A program made the translations under genes and the position numbers. This document shows, in pieces, positions 8,640 through 15,836 of a stretch of DNA of 19,603 nt. The DNA lies in the NCBI GenBank assembly GCA_036478295.1, contig JAZGDW010000259.1:1-19603 (forward strand), written 5' to 3'. How positions within the stretch are numbered: the first letter of the stretch is position 1; each line of letters starts with the position of its first letter. The stretch comes from Candidatus Krumholzibacteriia bacterium (GTDB lineage: Bacteria; Krumholzibacteriota; Krumholzibacteriia; WVZY01). The notes beneath the pieces are model-generated. The model was not told where the DNA came from, searched no databases, and saw only the letters and a program-made list of their open reading frames with translations.

Positions 8640-9915
8640 CGTCTCGTAGCTGTCTCAGGGCGTTCCTCGCGAGCCGGCGCGCCAGCTTGGTATGGGCGAG
8701 CGCGGCACGAAGCCGATCGTCATCGAACTCACGCCACGCCTTCTCCTGGTTGGCGCGGGCCCGTTTGTACAATTCGGGCGCGATGTCCGAATCGGATCCC
8801 TCGAGCGCGCCCTTCAGCCGCGCCAGTATTTCATCCGTCTCCACCAGGGCACGCCGCACTTCGCGTTTGTTCAGCACCTGTTTGACCGACGCCAGCGCCT
8901 CCCTGAGGAGCCTGCGAGCTTTCAGGGTCAAGTTGAGCGCCCGCTCGAAGTTGCCGCGCTCGAAGCGCCTCTTGGCCTCGCGCTGGAGATCTTCCGCCTG
9001 TTCGATTTTCCGCTGCAGGCGCTGGACATCCCGGCGGGCCAGGATCTCCTTTGCCTCCGCGACGAGCATGTCTGTCAAGCGAATGGCCTGTTGGACATTC
9101 TCACGGTTGGCGCGCGTGGCCAGCATCTTGAGCGCGCGCGTGGCCAGTTGTCTCGCGCGTCGCGTCAGCTCGAGTGCACGGCGGGGATTGTCGCTGCGAA
9201 AGCTGTTCTTCGCCTTGCGCTGTAGTTCCTTGGCCTCTTCGAACATTCTCCGCGCCTTGGTGTCAGCATTCCCATCGAACTGTTCGGCGACACGCTCGAG
9301 GACGCGGTCCGTTTTCTCCAGTTCTTTCTTGATGGAGTCGAGGTCGGAGAAATCCCGCTTCAACATGGCAATCGCGCGGGTGGATAGGTGTTCCGAGGAA
9401 ATGGCGAGACGAAGCGCAACCTCGAACAGATGCTCGCGCATGTTATCCTGCGAGCGCCTCAGCAGGCCGTAGGCCTCCTCGGCCAGCTTGCGAGCGGGTA
9501 GCGCGTCGCGGCTCTCGGCGAGAAGCTGCTTCGCCTGCTCGAGACGGTGGGCGGCGCGCTCCATGGCTTTGAAAGCGTTTTCCTCCAGCTTGGCCTCTCT
9601 CTTGGCGAGCGCGATCGTCTGGAGGATGGCCTCGCGCGCGTGCTTGGCCAGCTGCCCGGCACGGAGCAGGTCTACTTTGAGATAATCAAGGGATGCCTGG
9701 TGGAGCTTGGCCGCCGCGGCCAGGGAAGCGCGGGCCTTGACACTGTTGGTTTCTCTGACCAAATCTCTTGCCATCATCAGCAGTTCCGCGTTGCGGGAGA
9801 TTACATCCCGCAGGTTGGCGAGGTCGTCAGCCGTCTGGCCGACCGCCGGTGCAGAACCGAGTACCACAAGGAAGCACGTCATGACCGCCACGATGCGTAG
9901 TCTCTGCATTGTCAT
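8629..9915 (-). CDS. Secreted all-alpha protein made of five ~80-aa helical repeats
   Basis: ATG 9915 with SD AAGGAGG. Signal peptide MTMQRLRIVAVMTCFLVVLGSAPAVG|Q. A/R/L/E-rich, with five visible repeats. The longer ORF start at 10047 is unlikely because it crosses the sigma54 promoter. Confidence 0.85.
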   Translation of the reverse strand: MTMQRLRIVAVMTCFLVVLGSAPAVGQTADDLANLRDVISRNAELLMMARDLVRETNSVKARASLAAAAKLHQASLDYLKVDLLRAGQLAKHAREAILQTIALAKREAKLEENAFKAMERAAHRLEQAKQLLAESRDALPARKLAEEAYGLLRRSQDNMREHLFEVALRLAISSEHLSTRAIAMLKRDFSDLDSIKKELEKTDRVLERVAEQFDGNADTKARRMFEEAKELQRKAKNSFRSDNPRRALELTRRARQLATRALKMLATRANRENVQQAIRLTDMLVAEAKEILARRDVQRLQRKIEQAEDLQREAKRRFERGNFERALNLTLKARRLLREALASVKQVLNKREVRRALVETDEILARLKGALEGSDSDIAPELYKRARANQEKAWREFDDDRLRAALAHTKLARRLARNALRQLRDDDL

Positions 9916-9974
9916 CGCTTCCTCCTTTCCCGATCCGGTGGAGAGGGGCATTCCCCTCATTTCACCCCTGACCA

Positions 9975-9991
9975 CGCAAACCCTGTACCAG
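9975..9991 (-). promoter_or_regulatory. sigma54 (-24/-12) promoter
   Basis: The minus strand reads CTGGTACAGGGTTTGCG, i.e. TGGYAC-N5-TTGC with exact GG-N10-GC spacing. It lies ~60 nt upstream of ATG 9915 and just downstream of a sigma54 activator gene. Confidence 0.75.
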
Positions 9992-10123
9992 TGCCAGGCA
10001 CGAGACCAGTGTACGACATAACTTGCTGTGATATAATTTGATAGCAATCACGCCCCGCTGTTGCGGGTCCCGGGGACCGGCTCCAAACTGTCCCTTCACG
10101 TCCACTGGGGTGAACGCAGGAGT

Positions 10124-11449
10124 TCACTCCTTCTCCATGCCGTATCGTTCGATACGGCCGTAAAGCGCCCGCCGCGTAATGCCGAGCAGGCGGGCCGCTT
10201 CGCTCTTGTTGCCGGTGGTAATCTTGAGCACCTTCGCGATAAGGCGTTTCTCCATCTCCTCGAGGTTGAGCCCCGCCTCCGCATCGCCTGCCGGCTCCGC
10301 CGGGCTGAGAAGCAAAATGTGCTCCGCGCCGATGCCGCCCTGCGGGCATACGATGAGGGCTCGCTCCAGGACGTTCCGCAGTTCGCGGATGTTGCCGGGC
10401 CACAGGTAAGAGAGGAGCCTGCGCACGGCGGGCTCGGACAGGTCGTCCGGGTTTCGCCCTGCCTTCGCGAGGAAATGGCGGGCGATGTCCCGCACGTCTT
10501 CCAGGCGGTCTTTGAGTGGGGGCAGTTCGATGGGAAAAACATTGATCCGGTAGTAGAGGTCCTCGCGAAAACGGCCGTCCCGGATATCCGTTTCCAGCGG
10601 CCGGTGCGTGGCGGAGACCAGACGGAGGTTCACTTCGACAGTGCGCTCGGCGCCCAGGGGGGTGACGCGGTGGTCTTCCAGCACGCGCAACAGTTTAGTT
10701 TGCAGGAGCTGTGGCAACTCGCCGATCTCATCGAGAAAGAGAGTGCCCCCGTCCGCCAATTGAAAATGGCCCAGCTTGCGCCGGTCGGCGCCTGTGAACG
10801 CCCCCTTCTCGTAGCCGAACAGCTCGCTCTCCAGGAGATTCTCGGGAATGGCGGCGCAGTTGATGGCGATAAAAGGACCGCCCGCGCGGGACGACATCCT
10901 GTGAATGGCCCTCGCGACCAGCTCCTTGCCGGTGCCGCTCCCGCCACGGATCAGAACCGGCGCGTCGGACGGCGCGACGTCGGCGATGGCCTTCTTTACG
11001 TTCTGCATCGGCGCGCTGCCGCCGATAATTTCGTCTTCCACGTTGGCGGACAGGTACGATCGGAGCTCGATGTTCTCAGCCTCGAGGCGGCGCTTCTGCT
11101 CGATACGCTCGATGAGCATCAGGAGCTCGTCCGTCGTGAACGGTTTGATAATGTAATCGTAGGCGCCGTGTTTCATGGTATCGAGTGCCGTTTCGACTGA
11201 GGCGTATGCGGTCATCACGACGACGTCCGTCTCCGGGGAGGTTTCCTTTATCTTCTTGAGCAGCGTGATGCCGTCCATCTCGTCCATGCGCAGGTCGGTG
11301 ATGACGATGTCCGGCGGCTGCGAGGACATCTTCTCCAGCACCTCGCCGGGGTGCGTCATGCCGCAGGCGGTGTGGCCGGCATCGTTGAGCTGGCTCTGCA
11401 GCAGCGTGGCGATCTTCTTTTCATCATCGACAACGAATATGACGGCCAC
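10124..11449 (-). CDS. sigma54-dependent response regulator (NtrC/AtoC/ZraR family: REC-AAA+-Fis HTH)
   Basis: Receiver VVDDE…TDLRMD…MTAY…KPF. Walker A GGSGTGKE, ESELFGYEKGAFTGA, FLDEIG, FREDLYYRI, WPGNIRELRN. HTH GNKSEAARLLGITRRAL. Confidence 0.96.
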   Translation of the reverse strand: MAVIFVVDDEKKIATLLQSQLNDAGHTACGMTHPGEVLEKMSSQPPDIVITDLRMDEMDGITLLKKIKETSPETDVVVMTAYASVETALDTMKHGAYDYIIKPFTTDELLMLIERIEQKRRLEAENIELRSYLSANVEDEIIGGSAPMQNVKKAIADVAPSDAPVLIRGGSGTGKELVARAIHRMSSRAGGPFIAINCAAIPENLLESELFGYEKGAFTGADRRKLGHFQLADGGTLFLDEIGELPQLLQTKLLRVLEDHRVTPLGAERTVEVNLRLVSATHRPLETDIRDGRFREDLYYRINVFPIELPPLKDRLEDVRDIARHFLAKAGRNPDDLSEPAVRRLLSYLWPGNIRELRNVLERALIVCPQGGIGAEHILLLSPAEPAGDAEAGLNLEEMEKRLIAKVLKITTGNKSEAARLLGITRRALYGRIERYGMEKE

Positions 11450-11461
11450 GTCGGTATCCTT

Positions 11462-12790
11462 CTACGCTTGGGGTTGGCTCCGGGCGTCGTCCGCAAGCGG
11501 CAATTCGAGCGTCACGGTTGTTCCCGCGCCCGGCGAGCTCTGAATGTCCATGCGGCCGCCATGATCCTGCACGATGTTGCTCACGATACTCAACCCGAGG
11601 CCGCTACCGTGCTCCTTGGTGGTGTAGAACGGTTTGACGATTTCCTTGAAATGCTTTGGTGAAATGCCCGCTCCATCGTCCTTGACGGTGACTATCGCAA
11701 ATTTCGAACGACGCGCCAACGAAATCTCTATATGACCGCCGTCGCCGAGAGCCTGGTGGGCGTTAATAATAATGTTGAGAACGGCCTGCTGGATGCGTTT
11801 GTCGTCGGCCAGGATCATCATGTCGCCCTGCGGGTAGTGCTGGACGACCTCGATGGACTTCTCCCTCAACTCGGCTTCCACCATCATCACGCATCGTCTG
11901 AGAATCTTCTGGAACGAGTGGGGAGCGGCTTCCCGGCGCTCCGCCCGGGCGAACTGGAGGTAGCCGGTGAGGATGCGATTGAGATTATCGACCTCTTCCG
12001 CGATGTAGGCGAACGCCTCGTCGTCTCCGCGGTACTTTCTTTCGAGCACTTCCGCGGAAGTCCTGATGACGCTGAGTGGATTGCGGATTTCGTGCGCAAT
12101 GCCGGCTACCATCCGCCCCATCGTGGCCAGGTTCTCGCCCTGGATGACCGCGGCCTGGGCGCGGTCCAGCGACAGCGACTGGCGGTAGAAGAACAGGGAG
12201 AGGACGACGACAATAATGATGCTGGCGATGTCCACCACCAGGATGGCATTGCTCAGGGCGCGGAGCACATCGAAGTACGTGGCGCCTGCTTCCACGCCGA
12301 TAATCCCGATTACTCGCCCGTCGTCCGAGATCAGCGGCGCGTAGGCACTCTTGAGGTAGAGGTTGCCCGATGTGTACAACCTGGTGGACGCGGACAGCCC
12401 CGAGCGAGCCAGCGTCACCGCTTCGTAATCGAGCTCGATGAATGGATTGATCTCGCCTTCGTCGGAGACGTTGCTCAGGTCGACCACCGTTCTTCCCTCT
12501 GGGGTCAGGACGACGATGTTGGACAGCAGGTTTTCCGCCTGCACGAGATGCAGGGTGGTATAGATAGAAGGCGCGATGGTTTCTGCGCTCAGGCTGTCCG
12601 GCGTCGCGTTTTCGACCGCGTGCGAGAGGGTAGCGGCAATCGAGCGCAGTCTCTCGCCGAGTTCGTTATCCAGATAGTCCTGGGAGCGTTTATAGAGGAT
12701 GTACGTGGAGAAATTCAGAACGACCACGAAAGCCAGCAGGAAGCCGGACAAAAGGACCAGTCTTTTTCTCGATGACGAAAAGGTAGCCAT
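11462..12790 (-). CDS. Membrane sensor histidine kinase (two TM helices, extracytoplasmic Cache-like sensor)
   Basis: TM1 near the N-terminus, ~145-aa periplasmic domain (…KSAYAPL…IGIIGVE), TM2. H-box AHEIRNPL, N-box NIIINA, DDGAGI, PFYTTK, GSGLGL. Confidence 0.95.
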   Translation of the reverse strand: MATFSSSRKRLVLLSGFLLAFVVVLNFSTYILYKRSQDYLDNELGERLRSIAATLSHAVENATPDSLSAETIAPSIYTTLHLVQAENLLSNIVVLTPEGRTVVDLSNVSDEGEINPFIELDYEAVTLARSGLSASTRLYTSGNLYLKSAYAPLISDDGRVIGIIGVEAGATYFDVLRALSNAILVVDIASIIIVVVLSLFFYRQSLSLDRAQAAVIQGENLATMGRMVAGIAHEIRNPLSVIRTSAEVLERKYRGDDEAFAYIAEEVDNLNRILTGYLQFARAERREAAPHSFQKILRRCVMMVEAELREKSIEVVQHYPQGDMMILADDKRIQQAVLNIIINAHQALGDGGHIEISLARRSKFAIVTVKDDGAGISPKHFKEIVKPFYTTKEHGSGLGLSIVSNIVQDHGGRMDIQSSPGAGTTVTLELPLADDARSQPQA

Positions 12791-12829
12791 GCAAGATTCT
12801 TTCTCAGGAGCCGCGGTCGATTCACAGGC

Positions 12830-12859
12830 ATTCTAAGAGGTTTCGTCCGGGCACGGCAA
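12830..12859 (-). promoter_or_regulatory. Putative sigma70 promoter for the HK-RR pair
   Basis: Minus strand TTGCCG, 18 nt, TAGAAT, ~40 nt upstream of the HK ATG. Confidence 0.45.
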
Positions 12860-12871
12860 GACGTAGTTGGC

Positions 12872-12906
12872 CACAAAAAAAGCCCCGACCGGCGGCCGGG
12901 GCTTTT
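12872..12906 (-). terminator. Rho-independent terminator after the 822-aa CTD protein gene
   Basis: Minus strand AAAAGCCCCGGCCGCCGGTCGGGGCTTTTTTTG: GC stem plus 7 U. Confidence 0.85.
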
Positions 12907-12926
12907 CTCGAAAAACGTGCGGTCGA

Positions 12927-15395
12927 TTAGCGGATGACCACGAACTTGCCGATGAAACGAGCGAAGTTCGCATCCTCCGATTCCACCGCGTACAGGTAAA
13001 CACCGCTCGTGACGTCCTGCAGGCTGCGGCTGACCAGGTCCCATTTGACCGTCCCCACGCCGCCCGTGCCGTCGAATTCGAGCTCCTTGACCAGATCTCC
13101 GGCCACGGTGTAGATGCGGATCGTCCCGCGCGACCGCGGCAGGTTACGAAACTCGACCTTGATACCCGTCGGATCGTCGTTGTTCGGCGCCAGCGTCCAC
13201 GCTGCCATGGACTCCCGGGTTGCCGGGTTGGGTACGACGTAGATGTTGCCCTCGTCGTAACTGTACGCCGGCTGAGAGGCACTCTTCGGCTCCACGAAAA
13301 CGAAGTTCGAAGAGGGATCGCCGATCTTGCCCTCGAAGAACCGGCCTTTGTCGTCGATGCTGTGATCCATCGCAGTGACGGCGTAGAAGTACGGCCGTCC
13401 CAGGTGCATCGAGCGGTCCACGAAGCGATAGTACTGCCGCCCGCCGTCAACGCCCAACTCCCAGCGGGCGAGGGCGGCCAGCGTGTCACACACCTCTGCG
13501 GTCACGCCCTGCGGGCACGGTGGATCGGATCCCGGAAACTCCGTAACGTACTCCTTGATAAAATTGGTGAAATCCCGCTTTTGCCCGGGGCTGAGAATGT
13601 GCGTCAGCGGTTCGTAGCGCAACGCGTCGACTCCGGTATCGCTGCCGAAATTGTTGACGAGGTCCACCTCCGCGAGAAGCTTCCAGAGATCGTTCTCGGG
13701 ACCGTTTTCGGCGGAGCTACCAATCGGGCGCTGCCAGTTGTCCGCGCGCCAGATACGGTAACCCTCGAAGTCGAAGACCTGGGTCTTCACATCGGGTACG
13801 GTCTCGCTGAAGTTGTCGAAGTAAACCACCACTCCGCCTTCGCCGTGGTCATCGATACGCACAAACGGCGGCGGTGGCGCCGTTCCCACGATCCAGCTGA
13901 TCTGGGTTTCCTTGCCGTCGATGCCGGTGCGGAACAAGGCGCTGTCATTGTCGCTGTAATTACACGCCACCCGGAAGAGCTCCTCCCTAGCGCAATCATT
14001 ATTGATAAACAGGGTGGTACCTCTGGGCACGGGCACCGGCGCACTCAACGCCGACGCACAGGTGTCGATGGACACTTCCAGCCCTTGCGATCCGATGACT
14101 TCGGTCTCGCGCCCCGCCACGCCCGTCTTCTTCGTGCCGTCGAGGTTGAAATACGCCCCGTCGAACGTCAGCTGCGCATTCGCCGCGTTCGAGATCGCGC
14201 CGAACGCGCCCTTGCCGATCACGAACGCCACCTGGAACACCAGCGTGCTCTCGGGAAAAAGCTCGGAGAAGGGCCCCGCGCTCACCAGCATGCGGTAGTC
14301 TCGGGGTACCAGGGCGTTTCTCTCGATGATTTCCTGGGAGAGCAACTCGTAACGCTCAAAGTCGTTGGTCGGGTCGCCGCCGTCCTCAAAAGACTGGCTG
14401 CCCGCGAAGTTTGCGTAGGTGCTGATACCGATGCGCTCGGGAGCGAACTCACCGCTCGGGTCGGTCGTGTGGCCGAGGAACATGAGGCCGAAATACCCCT
14501 CGGTCTGGCCCTCGTCACCATCGGGGTCGAATGTAAAAGCGATGTCGATCTGCACGGGACCGAGATCGGTACAGAGCACGGGGATGAACACACGACCGGT
14601 CGCGTCGTCTTCCCAGTAGTTGTCGCGATCCCGGGGACCGGCGTCACCGTCGGCAAAAAAGCCGAGGTAAAGATCCTCTAGTATGGCGTTGCCGATATTG
14701 GTAATGTGGTATTCGATTCCCACAAAATCATCGAAACGGTCCTCTTCCCACTGGAAGCTCTCCTGGCGGATCATAAGATCCAGCGGGTTATGGTTCGGAA
14801 AAATCTGAATGGCGGTGGCCTGGTTGTCGGTGTACCAGCAGCTGAACATCTGCTTGGATACCGCCGCAAAATCCTCGTCGATGAGGCCGTCCAGGTCATC
14901 GTCGCGCCCGTTGCGCCAGTCTTCGTCTATCAGACCGTCCCTGTCGTCATCCGCGTCCGGCGATGGCAGGCGGTTACCGCCCTTGGCGCCCTCCGCTGAG
15001 CGGTAGAGGATATCCACTGCTTCCTGGGTCGGGCGAAACTCCCTCGCGAACGCCGCCGTGGAAACCGCCGGCACACCGCCCTTCAACGCACCGATCCAGA
15101 GACCCGCCGTGAAGAGGTATTCCACACCGCTGCCGGCCGGCCACTGGGCCGACGGGGACTCGGAGAACGTTTCCGCCGTACCGGGCCGCGATCCGAATTC
15201 GCCCCAATTGCCGACGTGCATCTGCAATTCGCCGACATTGTGGACGTTGGAGCCGTCGAGCACCAGAACGCGCTGGAGTTCGGGCAGACCGGTCTTGTCT
15301 TTCTTGGACTTGGGTACCCACCGAGCAAGGCTCAAACCGGGAGCGACGACAAGAAAGGACATCACGACAAGATAGACCGTTAGCTTCTTTTTCAT
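12927..15395 (-). CDS. Large secreted/surface protein with DxDxDG acidic repeats, an FN3-like region and a T9SS-like CTD
   Basis: ATG 15395, signal peptide MKKKLTVYLVVMSFLVVAPGLSLA. WPAGSGVEYLFTAGLWIGA, two DDDxDGLIDED repeats, PPPP…DFEGYRIWR…YFYAVTAMD. C-terminal IYVVPNP…IRIYTVAGDLVKEL…WDL…SGVYLYAV…GKFVVIR. Confidence 0.85.
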   Translation of the reverse strand: MKKKLTVYLVVMSFLVVAPGLSLARWVPKSKKDKTGLPELQRVLVLDGSNVHNVGELQMHVGNWGEFGSRPGTAETFSESPSAQWPAGSGVEYLFTAGLWIGALKGGVPAVSTAAFAREFRPTQEAVDILYRSAEGAKGGNRLPSPDADDDRDGLIDEDWRNGRDDDLDGLIDEDFAAVSKQMFSCWYTDNQATAIQIFPNHNPLDLMIRQESFQWEEDRFDDFVGIEYHITNIGNAILEDLYLGFFADGDAGPRDRDNYWEDDATGRVFIPVLCTDLGPVQIDIAFTFDPDGDEGQTEGYFGLMFLGHTTDPSGEFAPERIGISTYANFAGSQSFEDGGDPTNDFERYELLSQEIIERNALVPRDYRMLVSAGPFSELFPESTLVFQVAFVIGKGAFGAISNAANAQLTFDGAYFNLDGTKKTGVAGRETEVIGSQGLEVSIDTCASALSAPVPVPRGTTLFINNDCAREELFRVACNYSDNDSALFRTGIDGKETQISWIVGTAPPPPFVRIDDHGEGGVVVYFDNFSETVPDVKTQVFDFEGYRIWRADNWQRPIGSSAENGPENDLWKLLAEVDLVNNFGSDTGVDALRYEPLTHILSPGQKRDFTNFIKEYVTEFPGSDPPCPQGVTAEVCDTLAALARWELGVDGGRQYYRFVDRSMHLGRPYFYAVTAMDHSIDDKGRFFEGKIGDPSSNFVFVEPKSASQPAYSYDEGNIYVVPNPATRESMAAWTLAPNNDDPTGIKVEFRNLPRSRGTIRIYTVAGDLVKELEFDGTGGVGTVKWDLVSRSLQDVTSGVYLYAVESEDANFARFIGKFVVIR

Positions 15396-15702
15396 GGGTC
15401 CGTCCTTATGAAAAATCGAGGGGGCTAGCATCTAAACCGTTCGAGGCTAACTTGCTAAAAGGTGGGGGCTGGAGTAAAGAAAACACATTCAACTGACGAA
15501 AGTCAAGGAATATCAGCGTACTGTATGAAAAGGCAACTGACTTTGTGACAACCGGTTACACCAATTTTGGAAGTCCGGGACCCGGAAGGCCGCCAACTCC
15601 GGCGCTTTTCGCGGCCAAAACCACTCCCGGTTGGGACTTACACCGGGAACCGGGGCCGCACGGGGTTGTATCACCTGTAGTAAGTGGTGTGGTGGGCGCG
15701 TG

Positions 15703-15731
15703 TTGAAATTTTCTCCCGAACAACCTATAGT
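15703..15731 (+). promoter_or_regulatory. sigma70-type promoter for the multiheme lipoprotein gene
   Basis: TTGAAA (15703-15708), 17 nt, TATAGT (15726-15731). Confidence 0.7.
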
Positions 15732-15797
15732 GAGTGTCTGATCGCCGCCTGAAATGATGTAAGTGATGGCGGCGATACGGGCAAAGGCAAGAACGCA

Positions 15798-15836
15798 AAC
15801 GATGGCAACAATGCGAACGATGACAACGATACGAAC
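15798..15836 (+). repeat. Degenerate 9-bp tandem repeat at the translation start
   Basis: AACGATGGC AACAATGCG AACGATGAC AACGATACG AAC. It supplies in-frame ATGs at 15802, 15811 and 15820. Confidence 0.6.

Noticed and set aside
9916..10047. N-terminal extension of the helical-repeat ORF
   Set aside because: It crosses the sigma54 promoter. The strong SD and signal peptide support ATG 9915.
12867..14681. 604-aa + strand ORF
   Set aside because: It is the antisense shadow of the 822-aa CTD protein, has no motifs and starts inside a terminator. Long shadows are expected with high GC3.
15515..15690. LexA-, CRP-, Rex- or NrdR-like boxes
   Set aside because: Only half-sites or wrong spacing (CTGT without ACAG; TGTGA-N7-TTACA; weak NrdR match).
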